Source: a virus
Virus record (IMG/VR): IMGVR_UViG_3300042465_007464
Coordinates: 32,001 to 96,000 of that record
Strand: one strand, 5' to 3'
DNA length: 64,000 bases
Numbering within the stretch: the stretch's first letter is position 1; the number at the start of each line of letters is the position of its first letter. Positions 10,419-19,724 of the stretch are shown piece after piece. The notes beneath the pieces were generated by a model. It was not told the origin of the DNA, ran no database searches, and was given only the letters and a program-made list of their open reading frames with translations. Both the position numbers and the translations under genes were made by a program.

Positions 10419-11078
10419 TTATTCATTAAGAAGTCGTAAAATTTCATCCAATGAAGCGTGACGATGATTATCTGTTAAAATAATTTCATTCACATACTTT
10501 GAATTTTTTATTTTTGGAACTTCGTGAGTTGCCGAATCATTTTTAAATTTTAAATCTATTTGATGTTTATCGCCACATAAAATCATGATGCTATCTTTAC
10601 CTAAACGAGACAATACCATTTGTAATTGTTGTTTAGTTAAGTTTTGAAATTCGTCTACAATGCAAACTGCATTATCAAAAGTACGTCCTCGAAAGTGTGC
10701 CAATGAAACTAGTTCAATGTTTTCTTCCTTTTCCATTTTATCAAGCAGCTCCGGTTTATTGTAAACTTTACGCATATTGCTTCGAATTGGAACTAACCAT
10801 GGATCCATTTTTTCTTGATATGAACCTGGTAAGAATCCATCATCTTGTGTAGATACTGTAGGCCGCGTTATGATAATTTTGTTTATTCTGCGTTTGAAAA
10901 ACATGTCTAATGCAATTTGTACTGCTAACAATGTTTTTCCCGAACCGGCTTTACCTAATATAAAGTTAAATGGCGTTTCTATTATTTTTGCTTTTGCTTG
11001 TTTTTGTTCTTCTGATAACGTAATTGAATATTTAATTTCAGTTTTTGGTGGAGTTTTCTCCTTGTTTGACGTAGCCAT
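10419..11078 (-). CDS. phoH: PhoH-family ATPase
   Basis: GKAGSGKT Walker A, ITRP, GFLPG...EKMDPW, RGRTFDNA, DEFQN, GD..QIDL. Confidence 0.93.
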   Translation of the reverse strand: MATSNKEKTPPKTEIKYSITLSEEQKQAKAKIIETPFNFILGKAGSGKTLLAVQIALDMFFKRRINKIIITRPTVSTQDDGFLPGSYQEKMDPWLVPIRSNMRKVYNKPELLDKMEKEENIELVSLAHFRGRTFDNAVCIVDEFQNLTKQQLQMVLSRLGKDSIMILCGDKHQIDLKFKNDSATHEVPKIKNSKYVNEIILTDNHRHASLDEILRLLNE

Positions 11079-11093
11079 AGTAACCTTTTTTAA

Positions 11094-11369
11094 TTAAACT
11101 AATTTTGTAAGCGTTGTTTCTTGAAGTGTCATATCCTTAACTGTTTCAATTTTACCCATCGATAATCGACGAATTGCTTGAAATGTTTCTCGTGCCGGAT
11201 ATGGTGTCATTACTTTGATAGTAATTAATTCTTTGTCTGGTCCTAAATCTTGTTCGATATGAACCATAAGTACTAAACGTATAGCCCGTATACGATCTAA
11301 TACATCAACCAATCGTCCGTCATAGCGAATGATGGCTTGCATTGAATACTTATTTCTTGGAACTGCCAT
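11094..11369 (-). CDS. Hypothetical protein
   Basis: Likely start is MAVPRNK at 11369, just downstream of late motif 11385-11392. The upstream part of the track ORF overlaps the capsid terminator. Confidence 0.65.
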   Translation of the reverse strand: MAVPRNKYSMQAIIRYDGRLVDVLDRIRAIRLVLMVHIEQDLGPDKELITIKVMTPYPARETFQAIRRLSMGKIETVKDMTLQETTLTKLV

Positions 11370-11401
11370 ATTATTTCTTTTATAATAAATATTCGGACAG
11401 T

Positions 11402-11432
11402 AAAAAAGGGATGACCGGAGCCACCCCTTTCT
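11402..11432 (-). terminator. Rho-independent terminator after major capsid gene
   Basis: Minus strand AAAGGGGTGGC-TCCG-GTCATCCCTTTTTT. Confidence 0.85.
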
Positions 11433-11479
11433 CATTCCTTAATTCCGTAATTGGTTAAGTGATGTTAATCAACTAACTA

Positions 11480-13174
11480 TTAAAGAACGTTAAGACCGTG
11501 TACGTATACTTTTCCGTAGAATTCTGAACGAACAACTTTCTTCGCGTAACGTGTCATAACACCTTTACGTGGAGTGAAGTTAACTGGATCATATACTAAT
11601 GGTGTCATAATCAATGGAATGTATGGACTAAATACAGCACCCGTTTCTAGGAACTGTGCTCCACGGAATCCCATTAAGATTACGTTTTCTAACATGTATG
11701 GGTTTTTGTATACTGTGTAACGGTTATTGATTGAACCAATTTTTTGTACACCTGCCGCAAATTCCATTTTAGTTCCATCTGTGTCAGCAGCAAATCCTGG
11801 GATAGACTCAAGAATAGTTGCAACTGCTGGAGAAGTTACTAGGAAGTTAGCACCACCACGCAATGTTTTTTGGTGGATTTTGTTTGATACTTTTTGTAAT
11901 TTAGTGCCAAGTGTTTGGAACCAACCACCTTGAGTGTTGTAGTATCCATCACCTGAAGTACTAACACCACCACCTGCAGTAGCTTGAGTAAATCCTGAAC
12001 CATTCCAGAAGTTATTGTTCAATGCTGACCAATATTCAACTGTTGGTGCTGCAGCAATCAACATATCTAAGATTTCCAAATCAATTTCCATGGAAACATA
12101 CTCAGAAAGCATTGAAGTTAATTCAGCTTCAGCATCAATTGAATGGTAAGCATTTAAGTCTTGTGCGAACTCTGGAGTCCATACTGCTTTCAACTTACGT
12201 GTTTTAGCAACGATTGGTTCAGATTGCATTTCCAAGTTAATTTCTGGAATGTCAATATCAACACCGGTATTGATACCCGAATTCGCAGATGACCCTCGGA
12301 ATGGGTTAGCATCTTCAAAATCACCACGAGTGATATCAGTTGGTTGTTTGCTATAATTCAATTTGAAGTTTGTTCCTGCACTAATTGCCGTTTGAATAGC
12401 CGTTGCTTGTGCCGTTGTTACAATGAATGATGCAGTGTAATTGCTTGTAATTGTTGAGAATGCCTGAACTGGAATGATTTCGTCACCTGCAGAACCTGAA
12501 GCAAATGTCCAAGAACGAACTGCATATAAATCAGCATCAGTTGGTACATTGATAGTTACTTTTTTATAGCTTGATAATGATGCTGAATATACGCTATCAT
12601 AATTAACAAGGCCAGCATCTGTCAATGTACCAGCACCAGAACCTGTGTTAGCAGATGTGGATGTTAATGCTGCGGATGATGTGTTGTTGATTGAATAACC
12701 GAAACGACCTGCACCGTAAAGACCACCTGCTGCATCTGAACCAGTTGTAGTAACACCAAACATTGAGTCAGTTGCGTTAGGATTACCAAACGGATCACCA
12801 GTTCTGCTGTTGTTATCTGCATCAAATCCTGGTTGAGCCGTACCGTATTTAAAGTCTAAGTAAAAAATTAGACCCGATGGCAAATTCATTGGTTGAACTG
12901 ATACGAATTCTTTTGCTGCAAATTCAGCAAAGATACGACGTACCAATGGAAGAGCTACACCATTCCATTCTTCAGATCCAGCTGTTGTACCTGTTGAAGT
13001 TGCTTCTTTTACTAATTGACGTGCTTGGTTTTCAAGCAATTGCGCCATACCTGCTTTTTCAGTCTCTGTACGAAGACCTTCTAACAAACCTGTTTTCTCC
13101 CATTTATTAACGATAGCTTTTGCTGCGTTTCTTTGGTTGAAATCGTTTGTACTTAATAAATTTGAAATATCCAT
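11480..13174 (-). CDS. Major capsid protein (T4 gp23-like)
   Basis: LPLVRR, VSVQPM..PSGLIFY, AKTRKLKA.WT.E.AQDL.A.H..DAEAEL, Y.PYIPL and F.P..G.MTRYA motifs. Confidence 0.96.
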   Translation of the reverse strand: MDISNLLSTNDFNQRNAAKAIVNKWEKTGLLEGLRTETEKAGMAQLLENQARQLVKEATSTGTTAGSEEWNGVALPLVRRIFAEFAAKEFVSVQPMNLPSGLIFYLDFKYGTAQPGFDADNNSRTGDPFGNPNATDSMFGVTTTGSDAAGGLYGAGRFGYSINNTSSAALTSTSANTGSGAGTLTDAGLVNYDSVYSASLSSYKKVTINVPTDADLYAVRSWTFASGSAGDEIIPVQAFSTITSNYTASFIVTTAQATAIQTAISAGTNFKLNYSKQPTDITRGDFEDANPFRGSSANSGINTGVDIDIPEINLEMQSEPIVAKTRKLKAVWTPEFAQDLNAYHSIDAEAELTSMLSEYVSMEIDLEILDMLIAAAPTVEYWSALNNNFWNGSGFTQATAGGGVSTSGDGYYNTQGGWFQTLGTKLQKVSNKIHQKTLRGGANFLVTSPAVATILESIPGFAADTDGTKMEFAAGVQKIGSINNRYTVYKNPYMLENVILMGFRGAQFLETGAVFSPYIPLIMTPLVYDPVNFTPRKGVMTRYAKKVVRSEFYGKVYVHGLNVL

Positions 13175-13196
13175 TTCTTTTTTCCTTTTTTAATTG

Positions 13197-14204
13197 TTAT
13201 AGCAATCCTGCTAATTTTTTCCAACGATTAGCTAATTCAAATCCTTCTGACAATACTTGAGTAGTTTCTTTCTTAGGAGCCGTTGATGCAGCTGGTTTAG
13301 ATGCATATGATTCTTTAACTACGCGTTTTTTAGTTGGACGGTTGAATGATTCAGCCAATGTACTAAATACTAATTTTACTTCTCTTGTGTTACCAGCACG
13401 ATCAAATCCTTCAATCACTTTCATTTTTTGACCTTCTGATAAATCAAAATTGCGGAACAATTTGTTTGTGTAAAGAAGTTTTGCGTTTAGAAGATTTACT
13501 TCGTTGATGATGCTTTTCAATTCTCGAACTGTTTTGTAAGCTTCTTCAAGTTGCTCGTTTGCCATCTTAAGTTCGTCACCATGAGTTCCTTCATGACCAG
13601 CATCTTGCATTTCTTCTAATTCTTCTTCCTCTTCTTCTTCACGTAGAATTGATTCAATGATTTCGTCGATGTTGAAGTCTTCAGCTAATTCGTCATCCTT
13701 AGGCATATCATAACCTTCAGTTGCCATGTCTTCTTCCATGTCTTCTTCTTCATTAAGATCGCCTTCTAATTCACGAATAATCGCTTCAAGATTCAAATCT
13801 TCATTGTACTCGTCAGCCATTTCTTCATCTGATACAGGTGCTTCTTCTTCACCTTCCATTCCAGCTTCAGCTCCTGGCTCTTCTTGAGAAAATATGTCGA
13901 ATTCATCAAATTCTCCGTCATTGTTAACGTCAATTGATAAATCACCAACATCTTCTCCAGCACCCATGTCGCCTTCCATTCCTGCATCCATACCTGCTTC
14001 AGCACCCATGTCCATGTCATCCATAGCTGGTTCTTCTGCTGGCATTTCTTCGTCTTCTACTTCATTTGTTAACTGAGTTGCTAACATTCTTTCAAGACGA
14101 GGAGCGAAAGCTTCTTGTAGTGCAATTTTTGCGTTTGCTAATGCTGTTTCTTTAACGGCACGTGCATCGGCGATTGCTTCTTTTAGCAAATCTGATTTTG
14201 CCAT
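13197..14204 (-). CDS. Prohead scaffolding/core protein (gp22-like)
   Basis: Very acidic coiled coil lying between protease and capsid genes, with many L/I-x-E sites; SD AAGGAG. Confidence 0.75.
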   Translation of the reverse strand: MAKSDLLKEAIADARAVKETALANAKIALQEAFAPRLERMLATQLTNEVEDEEMPAEEPAMDDMDMGAEAGMDAGMEGDMGAGEDVGDLSIDVNNDGEFDEFDIFSQEEPGAEAGMEGEEEAPVSDEEMADEYNEDLNLEAIIRELEGDLNEEEDMEEDMATEGYDMPKDDELAEDFNIDEIIESILREEEEEEELEEMQDAGHEGTHGDELKMANEQLEEAYKTVRELKSIINEVNLLNAKLLYTNKLFRNFDLSEGQKMKVIEGFDRAGNTREVKLVFSTLAESFNRPTKKRVVKESYASKPAASTAPKKETTQVLSEGFELANRWKKLAGLL

Positions 14205-14343
14205 AAGTTTTCTCCTTAAATTTGTTTTTTGGAAATAAGATTATTTGAAATCTTAATAGAATATTTTTATTTTATAGTGACGCTATAATAAGAGTGGAAA
14301 TAGCGTATTCTACAATAAATATAAGCACGTTTAGAAAAACAGT

Positions 14344-14376
14344 AAAAAAGTCCTAACTTTTTTTAGCTAGGACTTA
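14344..14376 (-). terminator. Terminator after bS21 gene
   Basis: aagtccta...taggactt inverted repeat with a U tract on the minus strand. Confidence 0.65.
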
Positions 14377-14394
14377 AAATCGGTGTAAGTTGTT

Positions 14395-14640
14395 TTATTT
14401 TGAGTGTTGATCTCGAACCATTTGCATGAATGCAGCTTTAATATTTTGCTGTCTGCGTTGCACACTAGGCTTAATGAATTCTCTGCGATCTTTTGTCGCT
14501 TCAAGCACTCCGGCAGATTTTACTTTGCGTTTCCATGCTTTAAGTGCATGTGCTAAATCTTCTCGTTCTGTTCCTACAACTTGTACTGCTAATGCATTAC
14601 CCGGAACAATTTGTTGATGTTGTTTTTGTTTTTTATTCAT
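14395..14640 (-). CDS. rpsU: Phage-encoded 30S ribosomal protein bS21
   Basis: V.V...EDL..ALK.WKRKV..AGVL...KDRREFIKPSV.RR...IKAAF; the C-terminus resembles Bacteroidota bS21. Confidence 0.88.
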   Translation of the reverse strand: MNKKQKQHQQIVPGNALAVQVVGTEREDLAHALKAWKRKVKSAGVLEATKDRREFIKPSVQRRQQNIKAAFMQMVRDQHSK

Positions 14641-14658
14641 ATAACTTGTTTAATAGTA

Positions 14659-15162
14659 TCAAATAGCTTCTGGTGCCGGTGCTTCTGGTTGTGGACGTTG
14701 TCCTCTTACATTGAAACGAAAATGTTTAATTTCTGGCACTTGTGCAACGTATCCTTGAATCTTTTGTGATTCGCGTCCTGGATCTTCTCCTAAACGAAAA
14801 TAGAAATATCCTACTTTACCTGATTTAGATATGTTTTGTTTAACTATAGTAAATCCTTTTCGTTCTGACCAATCTCGTATATCATTTGCAACGTTTTGTG
14901 CCATTGACGGATCTCGCAATACATATTCAACTCCTCCGCGATAATCTGCAATATGATTAACAAGTTGTGCTTCGTCTATTTCAGATTCATTAGCTGTTAT
15001 TCTAACATTACCACCGGCTTTCTTTGCAGCCACTTGTGCTGCAGTTAATGCATTTTTATCTTTTGCAACAGATGCCGCTATTTCAATATCGTTTGGATTT
15101 TGTTTAGTAGTTTGTTCTGTTATTCCGAAAAATTCTTTATATAATTTTTTTAGTGCATTCAT
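14659..15162 (-). CDS. Hypothetical protein (possible head protein)
   Basis: Likely start is MNALKKLYKEFFGITEQ; SD AAAGG. Confidence 0.6.
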   Translation of the reverse strand: MNALKKLYKEFFGITEQTTKQNPNDIEIAASVAKDKNALTAAQVAAKKAGGNVRITANESEIDEAQLVNHIADYRGGVEYVLRDPSMAQNVANDIRDWSERKGFTIVKQNISKSGKVGYFYFRLGEDPGRESQKIQGYVAQVPEIKHFRFNVRGQRPQPEAPAPEAI

Positions 15163-15204
15163 TTTATTACCTTTAATATAAATAAAAAGATTCAAACATC
15201 CAAA

Positions 15205-15576
15205 TTAATTAACATCGAAGTATTTGTTTAATCCTTGTGCGATATCTTCATATGCTGCACTTAAACGTTGTTGCAACATAGCCATTTCTTTTGCAGTTGC
15301 TTCAAATACTTTGTATGAATCGTTTAGATTTTTCATGTGACGTTTAACTGTTACACTATCAAACCAATCGCCTTTTTCCGTTGCAATTTGTTCTGCTTTG
15401 TTAATGATGTCACGTACATGATCGGTTAATTGATCTAAATCACCTTTTCCATATACCGAATCACTCATTTCAGAAAAACGTTTAACGCGTTCAACGAATG
15501 CAGCTTTTTCTTCTTTAGACAATGGTTTTGGTTGTTCGTCTAACAACGTTTCTAGTATGTATTTTAAATTTCTCAT
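15205..15576 (-). CDS. Hypothetical head-module protein
   Basis: Likely start is MRNLKYILETLLDE; helical. Confidence 0.6.
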   Translation of the reverse strand: MRNLKYILETLLDEQPKPLSKEEKAAFVERVKRFSEMSDSVYGKGDLDQLTDHVRDIINKAEQIATEKGDWFDSVTVKRHMKNLNDSYKVFEATAKEMAMLQQRLSAAYEDIAQGLNKYFDVN

Positions 15577-15578
15577 CT

Positions 15579-16211
15579 TTAAATTATTCTGCATTTACCG
15601 TCTTCGCATAAAATTGAAGTAATAAGTTCATTTACACGTGCGTATTTGTTTGTTTTAACTGTTTTATCTACTGACTCGTGCATGTGCGTAGGCCGCATAA
15701 AAGCCCCATGCGTTGAAGGATTTGATACAAAGTCCCAACATATCAATTCAAAGTCTTCTTGAACTTCAACCGTACCCTCACTGCGTAATTCTTTTACGGA
15801 ACCTAATCCACGGGATGAAATGCCTAATGTGATACCAGCTTTAAAAAGTTCTTTAAGAATTTTTCCTGACGGAGTTTCTAGTATTTGTACTGCTCCTTTT
15901 AAATCATCACCATCCCACCATATTTTTAGTACATTATGAGATACGTTGTTCAAGTTTACTACGGAAGATTCTGGATGATCCAATTCTCCTAGTGCACGAT
16001 GCTGTTGTATGAATTCTTGTTCATATCGTCTACATTCGCGTTCTAGTATGTTTCTTGGATAGATTCTACCATTTTGATTTTTTGCTCCCGCACGTTGTAA
16101 AACTCCTTGAACTACAAAACCACCAGGTATCCCATATGCAGCCCCACTCGATTCAGTAAGTGAACCAATCGGACGAAATGGCATATATTCTACTATTAGT
16201 TGTTTTGACAT
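15579..16211 (-). CDS. Prohead protease (T4 gp21-like)
   Basis: KNQNGRIYP, ALGELDHP, VSH, GISSRGLGS and DFVSNPS motifs. Confidence 0.95.
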   Translation of the reverse strand: MSKQLIVEYMPFRPIGSLTESSGAAYGIPGGFVVQGVLQRAGAKNQNGRIYPRNILERECRRYEQEFIQQHRALGELDHPESSVVNLNNVSHNVLKIWWDGDDLKGAVQILETPSGKILKELFKAGITLGISSRGLGSVKELRSEGTVEVQEDFELICWDFVSNPSTHGAFMRPTHMHESVDKTVKTNKYARVNELITSILCEDGKCRII

Positions 16212-16212
16212 A

Positions 16213-16950
16213 TTATTCTCCTAATGCTCTTACGCGTTCCGATATTTTGACTAATCGTTCTGATATTGTTGATAATGCTTTTTTAGTTCGTGCTCCATAT
16301 GAAGATGCAGCTACACCAGATTCTGTTTTTAATCTTGCGTTATGTTTTACTAGTTCATCAATTTCTTGAAGTTTTTTAGCAATTTCTTGAATGGTGCGAT
16401 TCACTTTTTTATCCGGCGATACGTCTTTATCTGCCGTTGCAAATGACCGATAACCTTCAATCAATTCCTCATATTTACGTTCCATAACATCTTCTACTTT
16501 CAAAGCAGATATTTGTTTGCGAACTCCATGTTGTGGTAAATTTCCTATGCGAGTTGTGTTGTCTTCAATATTGTTCGTACCTTCACCATCCGGATAATAT
16601 TTTACCGGAAACTCTTGATCCGATTGCCACCAATATGATGCATCTGGCGAAAAGGGAAACTTATCATTGAAAATTTCTTCATCTGACTCAGGCGCTTGAT
16701 GTCCCGTTGTTTTCCAATCAAATGTCGGTTTAACATTTATAGATTCGTAACGTGCTTCTTTACCTCGCCATTTTCCTGGTTTAGCAAATGCAGCCGGCGT
16801 ATTGAATCCAGCAATGGCACCCGTTACATTTTGTTCGTCAATTTCTTCTTCATCGCAAACACACTTATCCATAGGACGATCACATGCATCGCAATATGAA
16901 TCTTCTATTTCATGGAATCGTTCTTTCATTTCACGTAATATTGACTTCAT
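16213..16950 (-). CDS. Hypothetical head-module protein
   Basis: 245 aa; CDAC...CVC motif near the N-terminus; F.TP.AF motif; C-terminal coiled coil. Confidence 0.65.
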   Translation of the reverse strand: MKSILREMKERFHEIEDSYCDACDRPMDKCVCDEEEIDEQNVTGAIAGFNTPAAFAKPGKWRGKEARYESINVKPTFDWKTTGHQAPESDEEIFNDKFPFSPDASYWWQSDQEFPVKYYPDGEGTNNIEDNTTRIGNLPQHGVRKQISALKVEDVMERKYEELIEGYRSFATADKDVSPDKKVNRTIQEIAKKLQEIDELVKHNARLKTESGVAASSYGARTKKALSTISERLVKISERVRALGE

Positions 16951-17798
16951 TACTTCAACTCTTTCAATTCGCGAACTAAATCAAAGTAACGTAGTAAATT
17001 TAATACGTGCGATTCTTTGATAGTTTTCATAGATTCTACATTGCATAACATTTCCGACAATTTAGTTACTTTGATTTGTGTAGCAGGATCAGTTATAGTT
17101 TTTGCTTGTGTGGCTAAATCTTTTTTGATTTGTGGTATTATAGTTTCAATGTATTCACGCAATGCAGTTGTATCATTAACGTGAGTAATGTATTTATTTA
17201 ATAGACGTTTTTGTGATTCATCTAATACTGAATATTTTTCATTGAATTTATCAACAATAATTTTATATGTTAATAAACGTATTTCTTTGGGTTGTGATTC
17301 AAATGATTCTAATACCGGGTCTTTTTTCGGTGTAGCACGCTCCGTTACAATGCCATGGTCTATAATTACATTTTTACATTCCATTAATTGTTTTGGATTT
17401 GCTGATTCAGCATATTCAAACAACATGTTGATTGATGCTAATACTTTGTAATTAGTAATATGCATCTTTGCCATATCTGTAAAAACGAATTTTTCAGAAA
17501 TCTCTTTTACTAGATTGTATCTTTGACGTTTCAGTACGCTTTGATTTAATTTATCATACGCAGATTTAACCGTACGTATGTAATCTAATGCTTGTGCTTC
17601 GCTTCGGAATTGTTCTTTAACTAATGCGTTATAGAGTTGCAATTCTTTTGATAACTCTGTATTTCGTCCAAAATATTTTTTGATTATATCTATTGTAACA
17701 GATTTGTTTGACGACAACGTTTCTGAAGTTAATTTGCGTACCAACATTTCAAATAGAATGCCGGTATTTTTATACTTCGAGTGTTTCAATTTCTTCAT
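16950..17798 (-). CDS. Conserved hypothetical (putative prohead core) protein
   Basis: 282 aa helical ORF (KHSKYKNTGILFE) between portal and protease, with its own late motif. Confidence 0.65.
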   Translation of the reverse strand: MKKLKHSKYKNTGILFEMLVRKLTSETLSSNKSVTIDIIKKYFGRNTELSKELQLYNALVKEQFRSEAQALDYIRTVKSAYDKLNQSVLKRQRYNLVKEISEKFVFTDMAKMHITNYKVLASINMLFEYAESANPKQLMECKNVIIDHGIVTERATPKKDPVLESFESQPKEIRLLTYKIIVDKFNEKYSVLDESQKRLLNKYITHVNDTTALREYIETIIPQIKKDLATQAKTITDPATQIKVTKLSEMLCNVESMKTIKESHVLNLLRYFDLVRELKELK

Positions 17799-17840
17799 GT
17801 TCTGTACAGTGCCTTGTCTTTAATAATAAATATGTTTTAA

Positions 17841-19682
17841 TTACAAAATATTGTTTTCATCTAAAATAGTACCAGCGTCTTTATCAGATTCCGTTGGTAT
17901 TGCTGTTTTTAAAGATTCTGTTATTATGGATGCACCTTTATTTTTTATTTTTAAATGTTTCAATATGTTGTTATGTTCTACGGCAACTGTTGCGTTGTTT
18001 TTAAACTTCGGATCTGGCTGAAATGCTGTTTTTTGATTTTCTGGATTAAATGTTTGCTTAATAGTTTTAATACCCGTTGGATCCCATCCAAATTCATTTT
18101 GATGTTGTCCTGATTTAATTCCTTCTGGTGGACGGCCTCCTAAATCTTTTTCTTCAACGTCATCGCTGGACATGTGCATTGATGCTAAATCATGAGGTGT
18201 TCCAAATGAAACTCCCGTTATAGCAGGATCATTTCCTTCTTGTTCAATCTGATTTTGACGGAAACGAAGTTTAAGATCTTCAATAACATCAACACGTTCT
18301 TGAAGCCATTGTTCTTCGGACATATTGAATATAAACTCATAAATGTAACGATCTGAAACAAGTTTTAAATCTTTCATTGTATTTGCTAATTGAACTTTTT
18401 CATTCATTAAAGCAACTTTTTGTTGATCGTATATAATTGATGGTGCTGTTAATTCTAGTTCAAATCCAATTAAATCTTCGCCTTCAAATCCTTGTGAATA
18501 TAAATGCACTATTCCAATTTTAATAAGTTCCGATGTTACGATTTTTTGAATACGTTCGATAGTTCTGGCAAAACGAATATCCATGGATGCTAACGTAGTT
18601 TTACCTTCAACTGACTCGCTATATCCTAAAAATGGTTTAGGAATTTTAAGTGCAGCCATCATTTTATCTTTTACATATTCAATATCATCCATTCCGGTAA
18701 ATGTCATACCTGGTAATGTATCAATTGTAGTAGAAGACTGACCCCCGCGTACTGGCAAATAATAATCTTCTAACATGTTGTTAAGATTGAATCTCATGTT
18801 GTAATTTCCAGTTTGCGGATCGATGTGTGGAATTTTTTTCATTTTATTGATAATCTGTTCCATGAAATTATCAACTTCATTTGGTGGAATATTACCAATA
18901 TCAATTTTAAAGATTCGTTTTTCTGGTGCACGCATTATACGATGAATAAGCATTGCATCTTCTAACATCATTAATTTTTGAAATTCTTTACGTGCTCCTT
19001 CTAACATAGATCTACCGTACGGTAAAAAGTTTGAATCCGACAACATACGGAAATGTGCTATTTCAAACACATCATATGTCATTTGTTCTGACGCAATATT
19101 TTTAAATTTAATATCATATTCACCCGTCGCTTCATTATATTCTTCCCAACGTTCCATTTCATAACTAGAAAATGGACGTGCATTAACTACTCCGTAAGTG
19201 TCTGCGATATCTAATTTCAAAAAGAAATCACCGTATTTGGTCATGTTGCGTATCCACGTCCACAAATTGAATTCAATGTTCAATACATCATAAAACAAGT
19301 TATAAAGTATTTTTTGAATTTGCGTGTTATTAGTTTTGATTGTAAGTATATCTCCGAATTGATCTGCTAATGTAGATTCATCTGAATAAATATCTAAGGC
19401 AGAAGATATGATTGGATCTTTATCCATCATTTCGTAGTCAGCATATAACTGCATACGATTTTGGTGCATATAATAATTAGAATCATATCCACCCATACCA
19501 CCGACACGGTGTTTGTTTGCACCATGCAGTCGAGTATATCGATCTGCAATTTTACTTTGTGCTAAATTACCAGAACCTTGTAGACGATTTGTATCTACTA
19601 CACGTACCTGATCTTTCCCATATGCCCGAACAATTACGTTGGTGCTAAATAGGTTCTGTAAACGTTTTCTTAATGACGCCAT
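17841..19682 (-). CDS. Portal protein (T4 gp20-like)
   Basis: LEDAMLIHRIMRAPEKRIFKIDIGN, EDYYLP.RGG...T.IDTLPG, ALKIP. Confidence 0.95.
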   Translation of the reverse strand: MASLRKRLQNLFSTNVIVRAYGKDQVRVVDTNRLQGSGNLAQSKIADRYTRLHGANKHRVGGMGGYDSNYYMHQNRMQLYADYEMMDKDPIISSALDIYSDESTLADQFGDILTIKTNNTQIQKILYNLFYDVLNIEFNLWTWIRNMTKYGDFFLKLDIADTYGVVNARPFSSYEMERWEEYNEATGEYDIKFKNIASEQMTYDVFEIAHFRMLSDSNFLPYGRSMLEGARKEFQKLMMLEDAMLIHRIMRAPEKRIFKIDIGNIPPNEVDNFMEQIINKMKKIPHIDPQTGNYNMRFNLNNMLEDYYLPVRGGQSSTTIDTLPGMTFTGMDDIEYVKDKMMAALKIPKPFLGYSESVEGKTTLASMDIRFARTIERIQKIVTSELIKIGIVHLYSQGFEGEDLIGFELELTAPSIIYDQQKVALMNEKVQLANTMKDLKLVSDRYIYEFIFNMSEEQWLQERVDVIEDLKLRFRQNQIEQEGNDPAITGVSFGTPHDLASMHMSSDDVEEKDLGGRPPEGIKSGQHQNEFGWDPTGIKTIKQTFNPENQKTAFQPDPKFKNNATVAVEHNNILKHLKIKNKGASIITESLKTAIPTESDKDAGTILDENNIL

Positions 19683-19724
19683 ATTTCTTTTTTAATATAA
19701 ATATAACTATGTTAAGATCAGTGG

